A stretch of DNA of 54,214 nt. Source: an uncultured Geobacteraceae bacterium (GTDB taxonomy: Bacteria; Desulfobacterota; Desulfuromonadia; Geobacterales; CAIOGM01). Below, in pieces: positions 29,062 through 38,148 of the stretch (the first letter of the stretch is position 1; every line of letters begins with the position of its first letter). A program made the translations under genes and the position numbers. The stretch is taken from NCBI GenBank assembly GCA_903902345.1, contig CAIUUR010000273.1:1-54214 (forward strand), in the 5' to 3' direction. The notes below the pieces were generated by a model, which had not been told where the DNA came from, searched no databases, and worked only from the letters and a program-made list of their open reading frames with translations.

Positions 29062-29095
29062 GCCGGGAGACAATCGTTTCTACCGTTACCGCTCG

Positions 29096-30031
29096 CTATT
29101 TCTGGTCCACTTCCAGCCGCACTTCCCCCTCTTTCGGTTCCGCTCCCCTCACTGCCTCGCCCGGTTCTTCCCGGGGTGCAGGTTCTTCGTACCTCCTGAC
29201 CGCGGGGAGCGCCGGAATGACGGCGCTGCTCCGATTGGGGAATGCCTCTTCCTTCTTGATGCTTGCATCCACCTTCCGCTGGAGTCCGGCGATGTTGGGG
29301 ATCTCCGCCAGCGCCCGCTGGTACTCATCCTCGGACAGCACCCCCCGTTTCCGGAGGAGCAACAGGATCTGGTCCGACCGTTTCATCACCTTGTCCACAT
29401 TCCGGTAGGGGTTGTACGCCACCCGTGGGCCGGGGAGCATGGCCGCCAGAAAGGTGCTCTCCCGGGGAGTGAGGAGGTTGGCGGGTTTGCCGAAGTAGTA
29501 GCGAGAGCCCTGGCCGATGCCGTAGACCATGGGGCCCAACTCCACCACGTTGAGATAAAGTTCCAGGATTCGCCCCTTGGTCAACTCCTGCTCCATCCGC
29601 TTGGCCAGGATGACCTCCCGGATCTTGCGGGTGATCGTCTTTTCCCGGGAGAGAAAGAGGTTCTTGGCGGTCTGCTGGGTGATGGTGGAGGCCCCTCGGG
29701 CCATGGACTGTTTTTCCAGGTCGTACTGGATTGCCTTCTTGATCGCCTTCACGTCGATCCCGTCATGTTTGTAGAAACTTGCGTCCTCCGCCAGGATCAC
29801 CGACCACTTCATCTCCGCCGGAATGCTCTTCCCTCCGGTCCAGGAGGGGTTTTGGGGCCCCACGACAAAGGGGTGGTAATTTCCCTGCCAATCCTTCACC
29901 TGGATGGTCATGTTGCAGGAGCGTTTCTTCAGCGGTTCCACCGGGGGGAGGGACACAAAGGCGAGGCCGATGACGCCCCCCGCGACGGCCGGCAGCATGA
30001 GGGTGATCAGCAGGATTCGTTTGAACGTCAT
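29096..30031 (-). CDS. mtgA: Monofunctional peptidoglycan transglycosylase (GT51)
   Basis: AEDASFYKHDG, GASTITQQTAKNLF, RKIRE, LELYLN; N-terminal TM; no transpeptidase domain. Confidence 0.85.
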   Translation of the reverse strand: MTFKRILLITLMLPAVAGGVIGLAFVSLPPVEPLKKRSCNMTIQVKDWQGNYHPFVVGPQNPSWTGGKSIPAEMKWSVILAEDASFYKHDGIDVKAIKKAIQYDLEKQSMARGASTITQQTAKNLFLSREKTITRKIREVILAKRMEQELTKGRILELYLNVVELGPMVYGIGQGSRYYFGKPANLLTPRESTFLAAMLPGPRVAYNPYRNVDKVMKRSDQILLLLRKRGVLSEDEYQRALAEIPNIAGLQRKVDASIKKEEAFPNRSSAVIPALPAVRRYEEPAPREEPGEAVRGAEPKEGEVRLEVDQK

Positions 30032-30272
30032 GGGGATGCTCCCGTAACATAGCATAAAGGGTTCTTGCTGCCGAACCATGCTAAACGGGCTGGAACCGGA
30101 TGGCAAGGGTAAAAAAACAACGGGTAATAAACCAGATGACGGCAAGAGACGGTATGTCCGCTTCCGGACAAACAGTTTCAATTGCACCCCACCGGCACAA
30201 GCCGGTTGCGTTATTTTGCGATTTCGGTTAAAGATACAAGATTCATCATCTTCACATTGCCCGGAGGATCGT

Positions 30273-31910
30273 TTGACACCGTTTGAACTTCAGGGGGGCG
30301 CCCATGGCTGGTGGCGGCCTACCTCTCCAGATGATTCATCGCAGAAGCGGGGGATGGTAGATTCCCTGCGCCGGATTCGCGAGCCGCTCTTTGTGATCCG
30401 GAAGAACGGGAGCGCTGTCCCTGTGTCGGGTGGATACGCACAGCTTTGCGGGGAAGTTACGCCGGCTGACGCCCACCCCCTGCTGGGGTATGCCGCACCC
30501 TGCCTGCCGGAACAGCTGGGTGATCCCGGTTTTTGCGCCGAGTTGGGGATCCGGTATCCCTATCTGGGGGGCTCCATGGCCAAGGGGATTAGCTCCGTGG
30601 CCATGGCCCGGGAACTGGGGGAAGCGGGAATGCTCGGCTTCTTCGGCGCTGCCGGTCTCCCCTTGGAAGTCGTGGCGGCGGCGCTGGACAAACTCGTTAC
30701 TTCGGGGCTCCCCTATGGTGTCAACCTGATCCACTCCCCCCACGAGCCGGAACTGGAGAGCTCTCTGGTGGATCTCTATATCCGTAAAGGGGTCCGGCTG
30801 GTGGAGGCATCGGCCTTTCTCGCTCTTTCCCTCCCCCTGGTCCGCTACCGGCTCCACGGCATCCATAAAAACGGTGACGGTGTCATTGTTGCCCCCAACC
30901 GGATCGTCGCCAAGGTCTCCCGGGAGGAGCTGGCCGAACGGTTCTTCTCCCCCCCGCCGGAAAAATTTCTCAAGGTGCTGCTGGCCGAGGGGAGTATCAC
31001 CCCCGGGCAAGCGGAACTGGCTACCCTGATCCCCATGGCCCAGGAGGTCACCGCCGAGGCGGATTCCGGCGGCCATACGGACAACCGTCCGGCCCTGGCG
31101 CTCTTTCCCACCATCCTCTCCCTTGCCCAGCGGATGCAGACCCTCCACGGCTACGACGTTCAACTCCGGGTGGGGCTCGCCGGTGGTATCGGGACTCCCG
31201 CATCCGCCGCCGCCGCCTTTGCCATGGGAGCCGCCTATATCATGGCCGGTTCGGTTCATCAGGGGTGCGTGGAATCGGGGACTTCCGATGCGGTGCGCGA
31301 GATGCTTGCCGTGACCCGTCAGGCCGACGTGACCATGGCCCCGGCTGCGGATATGTTTGAGATGGGGGTGACGGTTCAGGTTCTGAAACGGGGAACCATG
31401 TTTCCCATGCGCGCCGCCAAGCTCTACGAACTGTACCGAAACTGTGCCGGACTGGACGAGATCCCTCTCTCCGAACGGGAGAAGCTGGAGAAGAGTCTCT
31501 TTCTCGTCCCCCTGGAACAGATCTGGCAGGAGACTCGCGCCTATTTTTCCCGTCGCGACCCGCGTCAGGTGGAGCGGGGTGATCGTGATCCCCGGCATCG
31601 GATGGCTCTGGTCTTTCGCTGGTATCTGGGGCAGGGGGCACACTGGGCCAAGGACGGTGAACTGTCCCGCCGGATGGATTATCAGATCTGGTGCGGTCCG
31701 GCCATGGGAGCCTTTAACGAATGGGCCGCCGGTTCATTCCTGGAGAGCCCGGCCCGGCGCAGGGTGTCGACGGTGGCGCTCAATCTCCTCTACGGCGCCG
31801 CGCTGCTGGCCCGCGCCGCCTCTTTGCGGCGCCAGGGGGTCGGCCTCCCGCCGGAACTCCTCCGTGCCGAACCCCTCCCCATTGAACAGATCAAGGAGTA
31901 TCTTGGGTGA
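30273..31910 (+). CDS. pfaD: PfaD-family FMN-dependent enoyl reductase
   Basis: GSMAKGISS, VEASAF, AEADSGGHTDNRP, APAADMFEMG..VQVLKRGTMF, DYQIWCGPAMGAFN; TTG start with SD GGAGG. Confidence 0.92.
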   Translation: MTPFELQGGAHGWWRPTSPDDSSQKRGMVDSLRRIREPLFVIRKNGSAVPVSGGYAQLCGEVTPADAHPLLGYAAPCLPEQLGDPGFCAELGIRYPYLGGSMAKGISSVAMARELGEAGMLGFFGAAGLPLEVVAAALDKLVTSGLPYGVNLIHSPHEPELESSLVDLYIRKGVRLVEASAFLALSLPLVRYRLHGIHKNGDGVIVAPNRIVAKVSREELAERFFSPPPEKFLKVLLAEGSITPGQAELATLIPMAQEVTAEADSGGHTDNRPALALFPTILSLAQRMQTLHGYDVQLRVGLAGGIGTPASAAAAFAMGAAYIMAGSVHQGCVESGTSDAVREMLAVTRQADVTMAPAADMFEMGVTVQVLKRGTMFPMRAAKLYELYRNCAGLDEIPLSEREKLEKSLFLVPLEQIWQETRAYFSRRDPRQVERGDRDPRHRMALVFRWYLGQGAHWAKDGELSRRMDYQIWCGPAMGAFNEWAAGSFLESPARRRVSTVALNLLYGAALLARAASLRRQGVGLPPELLRAEPLPIEQIKEYLG

Positions 31911-34900
31911 CCACACACGCCGCACCATCTGATCCCGTCCGACCCGCCGTTACAACCCCGGCGGTGCCGCTGGCCATTATCGGTATCGGCTGTCTCTTTC
32001 CCGGGGCCGCCGATCCCACGACCTACTGGGCCAACATCCGGGAGGGGATTGACGCCATCACCGATATCCCCGCGACCCACTGGAAGGTTGAGGAATATTT
32101 CGACCAGGACCAGAAGTCCCCCGACCGGACCTATGGCAGGCGCGGCGGTTTCATCTCACCGGTCCCCTTCAACCCCCTGGAGTTCAATATTCCCCCCAAC
32201 ATCCTGGAGGCCATCGACAGCTCCCAGCTTCTGGGGTTGGTGGCTGCCGGGCAGGCGCTACGGGATGCCGGCTACGGCCCGGAGCGGGAGTATGACCGGA
32301 GCCGGGCCAGCGTCATTCTGGGGGTCACCGGCGCCATGGAACTGGTGGTTCCCCTGGGAGCCCGTCTCGGTCATCCTCGCTGGCGCGCCGCCCTGAAGGA
32401 GGCGGGGGTTGCCGATGCCGTGGCTGATGACGTGGTACAGCGGATTGCCGATTCCTACGTGGAGTGGCAAGAGAACTCCTTTCCCGGACTCCTGGGTAAC
32501 GTCGTGGCGGGGAGGATCAGCAAACAGTACGATCTGGGGGGGACCAATTGCGTCGTGGATGCGGCCTGCGCCAGCTCCTTCAGCGCTCTCCATCTGGCCG
32601 GGATGGAATTAGCCACGGGGAAGGCCGACATGGTGGTCACCGGTGGTATCGACACCTTCAACGACATCTTCATGTATATGTGCTTCAGCAAGACCCCCGC
32701 TCTCTCCCCCACCGGTGATGCGAAACCGTTCGATGCCGCCGCCGACGGGACGATTCTGGGAGAAGGATTGGGGATCGTGGTGGTCAAGCGGTTGGCCGAC
32801 GCGGAACGGGACGGGGATCGGATCTATGCGGTCATTCGCGGGGTCGGCTCCTCCAGTGACGGGAGGGGGGATGCCATCTATGCCCCCAGCCCCGGAGGGC
32901 AGAAGAAAGCGCTCCGGGACGCCTACCAGCGGTCCGGAGTGACGCCGGAAAGTATCGGACTTCTGGAGGCCCATGGCACCGGGACCAGGGTCGGGGATGC
33001 GGTGGAGGTCAACGCCCTGCGCGACGTCTACGGCGTGGCTCAAAGCCCTTGGTGCGCCCTGGGATCGGTGAAGTCCCAGATCGGCCACACCAAGGCGGCC
33101 GCCGGCGCCGCTGGACTCATCAAGACGGCCCTCGCCCTCCACCACAAGGTCATTCCACCCACCATTAAGGTCACTACCCCCCTGGGAGAGGTCACCGGGA
33201 AGGGGACCCCCTTCTATCTGACGACGGAAAAGCGTCCCTGGCTTCCTTCCGGAGGGATGCCGCGCCGTGCCGCGGTCAGTGCCTTCGGTTTCGGTGGTTC
33301 CAACTTTCACACGGTGCTGGAAGAGTACCGCCCGGTGAAGGGAACGGCCGACTGGGACGGGACAATCCAGATCATCCCGTTCTCCGGTGCGTCCACCGGG
33401 GAGCTGGAATCGGCCCTGACGGCGCTTTCCGCCGAACTGCCCTGGAACGGTATTCGCGATCTGGCGGCGATGGCCCGGCGAGAGTTCGATCCTGCCGCTC
33501 CCTGTCGTCTCGCCCTGGTGGTGGAACGGGAGCGGACAAATCTGGCGACCCTGACGGGGAATGCGCGAAAACTTCTCCGGGGCAACAGCTCATCGTCCTG
33601 GCAGACACCCGATGGCGCTTTCTTCGCCGCCGGTGAGCCATCCGGAAAGCTTGCCTTTCTCTTTCCCGGACAGGGGGCACAGTACACGGGGATGCTCAGG
33701 GATCTTGCCTGCTCCTTTCCCCAGGTTTTCAGCTCACTGGCCGAGGCTGACGCCGGTTACGGCATCCCTGAAGGTCTCCGCCTCTCGGACAGGATCTACC
33801 CCCCCACTCCGTTTTCTTCCCAGGGGAAAGAGCTGCAGGAAGAGGAACTCCGCGCCACCGACGTGGCTCAGCCCGCCATCGGCGCAGTGAGCTTGGGAGC
33901 TCTCCGGCTGCTGGATTCCTTTGGCCTTGTCCCTGAGGCTGCTGCCGGGCACAGTTACGGCGAGCTCACCGCCCTCTGTGCTGCCGGTGTGGTGGATGGA
34001 GAGTCATTTTACCATCTTTCCCGTCTGCGCGGCCGTCTCATGGCGGCAGGCGCCGGTGATCGGGGGGGGATGGTGGCGGTACCGGCTCCCCTGGCTCTGG
34101 TGGAGCAGGCGCTGGCGGAAGAGGGGCTGGACCTGGTGGTCGCCAACCGGAACGCCCCCTCCCAGGCGGTTCTTTCGGGGAGCAGTGCCGAGATAGAGCG
34201 AGCCGTCGTCCTACTTGCCGCCCGGAGGCTTGCCTGCAAGCGGCTCCCCGTGGCCGCGGCCTTTCATAGCCCGTTGGTGGCCGACGCAGCCGAACCGTTC
34301 CGTGAGGCACTGGCTGATATTACCTTCAGCTTGGCGAGGATTCCGGTCTACGCCAACTCCATTGCCGCGCCCTATCCGGAAGATGAAGGTGCTGCCAAGG
34401 CTCTTCTCGCCGGACAACTGGCCCGGCCGGTGGAGTTCGTGGCGGAGATCGAGGCGCTCTACGCCTCCGGGATGAGCACCTTCGTGGAAGTGGGACCCGG
34501 CGCCCGGCTGACCGGTCTGGTGAAGGCGATCCTGGGAGAGCGAAACCATCTGGCCCTTGCCCTGGATGCTTCGGGGGGGAAACGGTCGGGGATCGCCGAT
34601 CTGGCTCGCCTCCTGGCTCAGTTGGCGGTAATTGGTCACCCCGTCCGACTCGATCTCTGGGATGCCGACTACCGGCCGACACCTCCGGCAACGGGCAAAA
34701 AACCGGTCATGACGGTTCCCCTCTGCGGCGCCAACTACGTGAAGCCGAAAGCTAAAAGGCCGGGAGTCGTGACTCGTGACTCGGGACTCGGTTCCTCAAA
34801 CCTGGATCGCCTAACCTTGAACCCTGAACCTCGAACCCCGAGCCTTGCCTCGAACCTCGAACCTCGAACCCCGAACCTTGAACCCGCATTTTTGGCCGAA

Positions 34901-37900
34901 TCCCTGCGGGTTACCCGGGAGAGCATGGCGGTGCTGCAGAAGATGCAGGAGGATACCGCCCAGCTTCACCGCCGGTTTCTGGAAGGTCAGGAGGCGGCCG
35001 CCCGGACCATCCAGAGCCTTCTGGACCAGCAGAGCCGGTTGCTCCATGGCGGCTCTCCTGTTTCCTCTGCCGTGACGGCTCCCTTCGTTGCGCCACCGGT
35101 GGTCACTTCTCCGCTGCTGCCGGCAGCTACTCTTCCCGTGACTCCCCCTGCTACCGCTCTCTCCGTTCCCTCCGTTCCTGTTGCCGTCACCTCCAACGTG
35201 ACTGACGTCCTCCTGGCCACCGTGGGCGAGAAGACCGGCTACCCGGTTGAAATGCTGGAGCTGGAGATGGGGCTGGATTCTGATCTGGGGATCGATTCCA
35301 TCAAGCGGGTGGAGATACTGTCGGCCCTCCAGGAGCGTCTCCCCGCCGCGCCGGTCATCGGTCCGGAGCAGATGGGGAACCTCCGGACTCTGGCGGATAT
35401 CGCCGCGTTCCTCACTGTCGGCGCCGGTGGTGACTCTGCCGAACATCGGTCCGATTCGTCCCATCGGTCCGATTTGTTGCCCGGCGTCACCAACGTCCTC
35501 CTGGCCACCGTCAGCGAGAAGACCGGTTATCCGGTGGAGATGCTGGAGCTGGAGATGGGGCTGGATTCGGACCTGGGAATCGACTCCATCAAACGGGTGG
35601 AGATCCTTTCGGCCCTCCAGGAGCGGCTTCCCGCGGCGCCGGTCATCGGCCCGGAGCAGATGGGGAACCTCCGGACTTTGGGGGATATCGCTGCATTTCT
35701 TGGCGCCGGTACCGCCTGCGCCGGGGCGACTCAGCCGTCGCCCCGGCAGGATATTCCGGAAATTCCGCTGGCCGAGATTCATTCTTCCCCTGCCGGAACC
35801 GTCAACCGGAGCGGAGTCATTCCTTTTTCCCTCGACCCCTCTCTTCTGACGCTGGCAACGGCCGGGAGCGGTGAATTTTGGGTCACCGAAGATGGCTCCC
35901 CCTTTGCGGGGGAACTGGCCAAGCTCATCAGGGGACGGGGGCAGGCGGTTCGTCTGGTGGATCTGACGACGGCGGAAGAGGCTGCCCCGGCTGCGGATAT
36001 CTCCGGCCTCGTCATCATAACCCCCCATGCCCGCGCCGACGAAGGGTTTCTGGAAGATGCCTTCCTCCTCCTGAAGAGCGCCGCGCCGGCTCTTCGCCGT
36101 GCTGCGGCCGGGGGGGGGGCGATCTTTGCCACAGTGTCGCGTCTGGATGGTTCCTTCGGGTTTGGTTCGGGCCCATCCCTGGTCGATCCCCTCTCCGGAG
36201 GGTTGGCCGGTCTGGCCAAGACCGCTGCGTGTGAATGGCCGGAGGTCTCCTGCAAGGCCATCGATCTGGGAGGGTTCTCTTCGGGGATCATGGAGGCCGA
36301 TGCGGTGGCGGGGGAACTCTTTACCCCCGGTCCGGTGGAGGTTGGAGTGACTCCCGGGGGAAGGATCGCTCTCCGGCTTGCTCCCCTTCCGCCATCCCCA
36401 CCCCCGGCAACCGCTCCTGCTCAGCCCGGAGAGGTGATCATCGTCACCGGAGGTGGTCGCGGGGTAACGGCTGCGGCGTCGGTGGCCCTGGCGTCGGCGT
36501 ACCGGCCGCTCCTGGTCCTCCTGGGGAGAAGTCCCGAACCGGGGGAAGAACCGGCGTGGCTTGCGTCCCTCACCGAAGAGTCACCCATCAAGCGGGCCAT
36601 CCTGGGCCATGCGGGGGAAAAACTCTCGCCACGGGAGATCGAGGCACGCTACCAGGCCGTACTGGCAGGAAGGGAGCTTTGCACCACCCTGGCCCGTATC
36701 CAGGCGATGGGAGGGAAGGCGCTTTACCGCTCTCTGGATATCCGTGATGCCGGGGCGGTGGCCGACCTGCTGACCGAGATTCGCCGGGATCACGGCCCGA
36801 TCCGCGGTATCGTGCATGGCGCCGGCGTTCTGGCCGATCGCCTCATCATCGACAAGAGCCGGGACCAGTTCGCGGCGGTCTTCGGCACCAAGGTTTCCGG
36901 GCTCCGGAACCTTCTGGCCGAAACGGCGGGGGATGACCTCCGTTTCATTGCCCTCTTCGCCTCCACCACCGGCCGTTTGGGCCGTACCGGTCAGGCGGAT
37001 TATGCCGTGGCCAACGAGGTCCTCAACAAGCTGGCCCAGACCGAGGCACGACGTCGCCCCGGCTGCCGGACAGTGAGCATCAACTGGGGCCCCTGGGACG
37101 GCGGGATGGTTACCCCGGCCCTGAAAAAGCTCTTTGCCGGGGAGGGGGTCGGTCTCATCGGCCTCGCCCAGGGTGGAGATTTTCTGGTGCGGGAGCTGGC
37201 AGCAGGAGACGGGCCGGTGGAGGTGGTGGCCCTCTCCGGAAACGGCGACGTTAACGCCGCCCGACCCGATTCACCCCCCTCGCAACCGCTTACCGAGGCG
37301 CTGGCGCTGAACCTCACCCTGGAGGAGTACCCTTTTCTCCGCTCCCACGTTATGGACGGCAAGGCCGTGGTTCCCATGGCGGTGATCGTGGAGTGGCTGG
37401 CCCATGGAGCGCTTCATGGTAATCCGGGGTTCCGTTTTCACGGGTTCAACGATCTCCGTATCTGCAAGGGGGTCGTCTTTGACCGGCAGACTCCCTGTAC
37501 TCTCCGGATCATGGCGGGAAGGGCGGCCCGTCGTGAATCGTTCCACCTGGTGCCGGTGGAGCTCCGAAGCGCCGACTCTCTTCTCCACGCCCGTGCCGAG
37601 ATCATCCTGGCAACGCGGCTTCCCGAGGGGATTCGCTCCATCGGCGACCTTCCGGCGGGGAGTTGCGGTTCTCTCCAGGGGGAAATCTACGTTCGGGAGC
37701 GGTTGTTTCATGGTCCCGATCTGCAGGGGATAGAGCAGGTGCTCAACTGTTCCCCCAAGGGGATCACTGCCCTGGTGAAGGGGGCGCCCAAGCCATCGGC
37801 CTGGATCAACCGGCCGCTGAGGAGCGACTGGCTTGCCGATCCTCTGGTGATGGACAGCGCTTTCCAGATGATGATCCTCTGGAGCCTTGAGCAGTTCGCC

Positions 37901-38146
37901 GCCGGTTCACTCCCCACTTTCGCCGCACGCTATCGTCAGTTCACCGATTCCTTCCCCCGGGACGGGGTTCAGGTGGTGATTCGGGTGACGTCCGAACGGG
38001 AACATGGCGCCACCGCCGACATGGAGTTCCTCGACCGGCAGACGGGAAAACTGGTGGCTCGCCTCAACGGGTACGAGTGTGTCATTGACCCCTCTCTGCA
38101 GCGGGCCTTTCGCCATAATCAGCTCCCCCGGCTGGGAGCCGCCTGA
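31907..38146 (+). CDS. pfaA: PfaA-type iterative PUFA synthase/PKS: KS-AT-ACP-ACP-KR-DH
   Basis: KS DAACASS/EAHGTGT/IGHTK, AT GHSYG and AAFHS, two ACPs LGIDSIKRVEI, KR TGGGRGV and GQADYAVAN, DH HVMDGKAVVP. Confidence 0.92.
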   Translation: MTTHAAPSDPVRPAVTTPAVPLAIIGIGCLFPGAADPTTYWANIREGIDAITDIPATHWKVEEYFDQDQKSPDRTYGRRGGFISPVPFNPLEFNIPPNILEAIDSSQLLGLVAAGQALRDAGYGPEREYDRSRASVILGVTGAMELVVPLGARLGHPRWRAALKEAGVADAVADDVVQRIADSYVEWQENSFPGLLGNVVAGRISKQYDLGGTNCVVDAACASSFSALHLAGMELATGKADMVVTGGIDTFNDIFMYMCFSKTPALSPTGDAKPFDAAADGTILGEGLGIVVVKRLADAERDGDRIYAVIRGVGSSSDGRGDAIYAPSPGGQKKALRDAYQRSGVTPESIGLLEAHGTGTRVGDAVEVNALRDVYGVAQSPWCALGSVKSQIGHTKAAAGAAGLIKTALALHHKVIPPTIKVTTPLGEVTGKGTPFYLTTEKRPWLPSGGMPRRAAVSAFGFGGSNFHTVLEEYRPVKGTADWDGTIQIIPFSGASTGELESALTALSAELPWNGIRDLAAMARREFDPAAPCRLALVVERERTNLATLTGNARKLLRGNSSSSWQTPDGAFFAAGEPSGKLAFLFPGQGAQYTGMLRDLACSFPQVFSSLAEADAGYGIPEGLRLSDRIYPPTPFSSQGKELQEEELRATDVAQPAIGAVSLGALRLLDSFGLVPEAAAGHSYGELTALCAAGVVDGESFYHLSRLRGRLMAAGAGDRGGMVAVPAPLALVEQALAEEGLDLVVANRNAPSQAVLSGSSAEIERAVVLLAARRLACKRLPVAAAFHSPLVADAAEPFREALADITFSLARIPVYANSIAAPYPEDEGAAKALLAGQLARPVEFVAEIEALYASGMSTFVEVGPGARLTGLVKAILGERNHLALALDASGGKRSGIADLARLLAQLAVIGHPVRLDLWDADYRPTPPATGKKPVMTVPLCGANYVKPKAKRPGVVTRDSGLGSSNLDRLTLNPEPRTPSLASNLEPRTPNLEPAFLAESLRVTRESMAVLQKMQEDTAQLHRRFLEGQEAAARTIQSLLDQQSRLLHGGSPVSSAVTAPFVAPPVVTSPLLPAATLPVTPPATALSVPSVPVAVTSNVTDVLLATVGEKTGYPVEMLELEMGLDSDLGIDSIKRVEILSALQERLPAAPVIGPEQMGNLRTLADIAAFLTVGAGGDSAEHRSDSSHRSDLLPGVTNVLLATVSEKTGYPVEMLELEMGLDSDLGIDSIKRVEILSALQERLPAAPVIGPEQMGNLRTLGDIAAFLGAGTACAGATQPSPRQDIPEIPLAEIHSSPAGTVNRSGVIPFSLDPSLLTLATAGSGEFWVTEDGSPFAGELAKLIRGRGQAVRLVDLTTAEEAAPAADISGLVIITPHARADEGFLEDAFLLLKSAAPALRRAAAGGGAIFATVSRLDGSFGFGSGPSLVDPLSGGLAGLAKTAACEWPEVSCKAIDLGGFSSGIMEADAVAGELFTPGPVEVGVTPGGRIALRLAPLPPSPPPATAPAQPGEVIIVTGGGRGVTAAASVALASAYRPLLVLLGRSPEPGEEPAWLASLTEESPIKRAILGHAGEKLSPREIEARYQAVLAGRELCTTLARIQAMGGKALYRSLDIRDAGAVADLLTEIRRDHGPIRGIVHGAGVLADRLIIDKSRDQFAAVFGTKVSGLRNLLAETAGDDLRFIALFASTTGRLGRTGQADYAVANEVLNKLAQTEARRRPGCRTVSINWGPWDGGMVTPALKKLFAGEGVGLIGLAQGGDFLVRELAAGDGPVEVVALSGNGDVNAARPDSPPSQPLTEALALNLTLEEYPFLRSHVMDGKAVVPMAVIVEWLAHGALHGNPGFRFHGFNDLRICKGVVFDRQTPCTLRIMAGRAARRESFHLVPVELRSADSLLHARAEIILATRLPEGIRSIGDLPAGSCGSLQGEIYVRERLFHGPDLQGIEQVLNCSPKGITALVKGAPKPSAWINRPLRSDWLADPLVMDSAFQMMILWSLEQFAAGSLPTFAARYRQFTDSFPRDGVQVVIRVTSEREHGATADMEFLDRQTGKLVARLNGYECVIDPSLQRAFRHNQLPRLGAA
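34761..34885 (+). repeat. In-frame heptamer arrays inside pfaA
   Basis: (GACTCGK)n then (GAACCYY)n, encoding VVTRDSGLG and LNPEPRTP..NLEPRTPNLEP. Confidence 0.8.
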
Positions 38147-38148
38147 AG

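Noticed and set aside
30192-30210. Sigma-54 promoter for the pfa operon (CGGCAC..TTGC)
   Set aside because: GG to GC spacing is 12 nt rather than the required 10.
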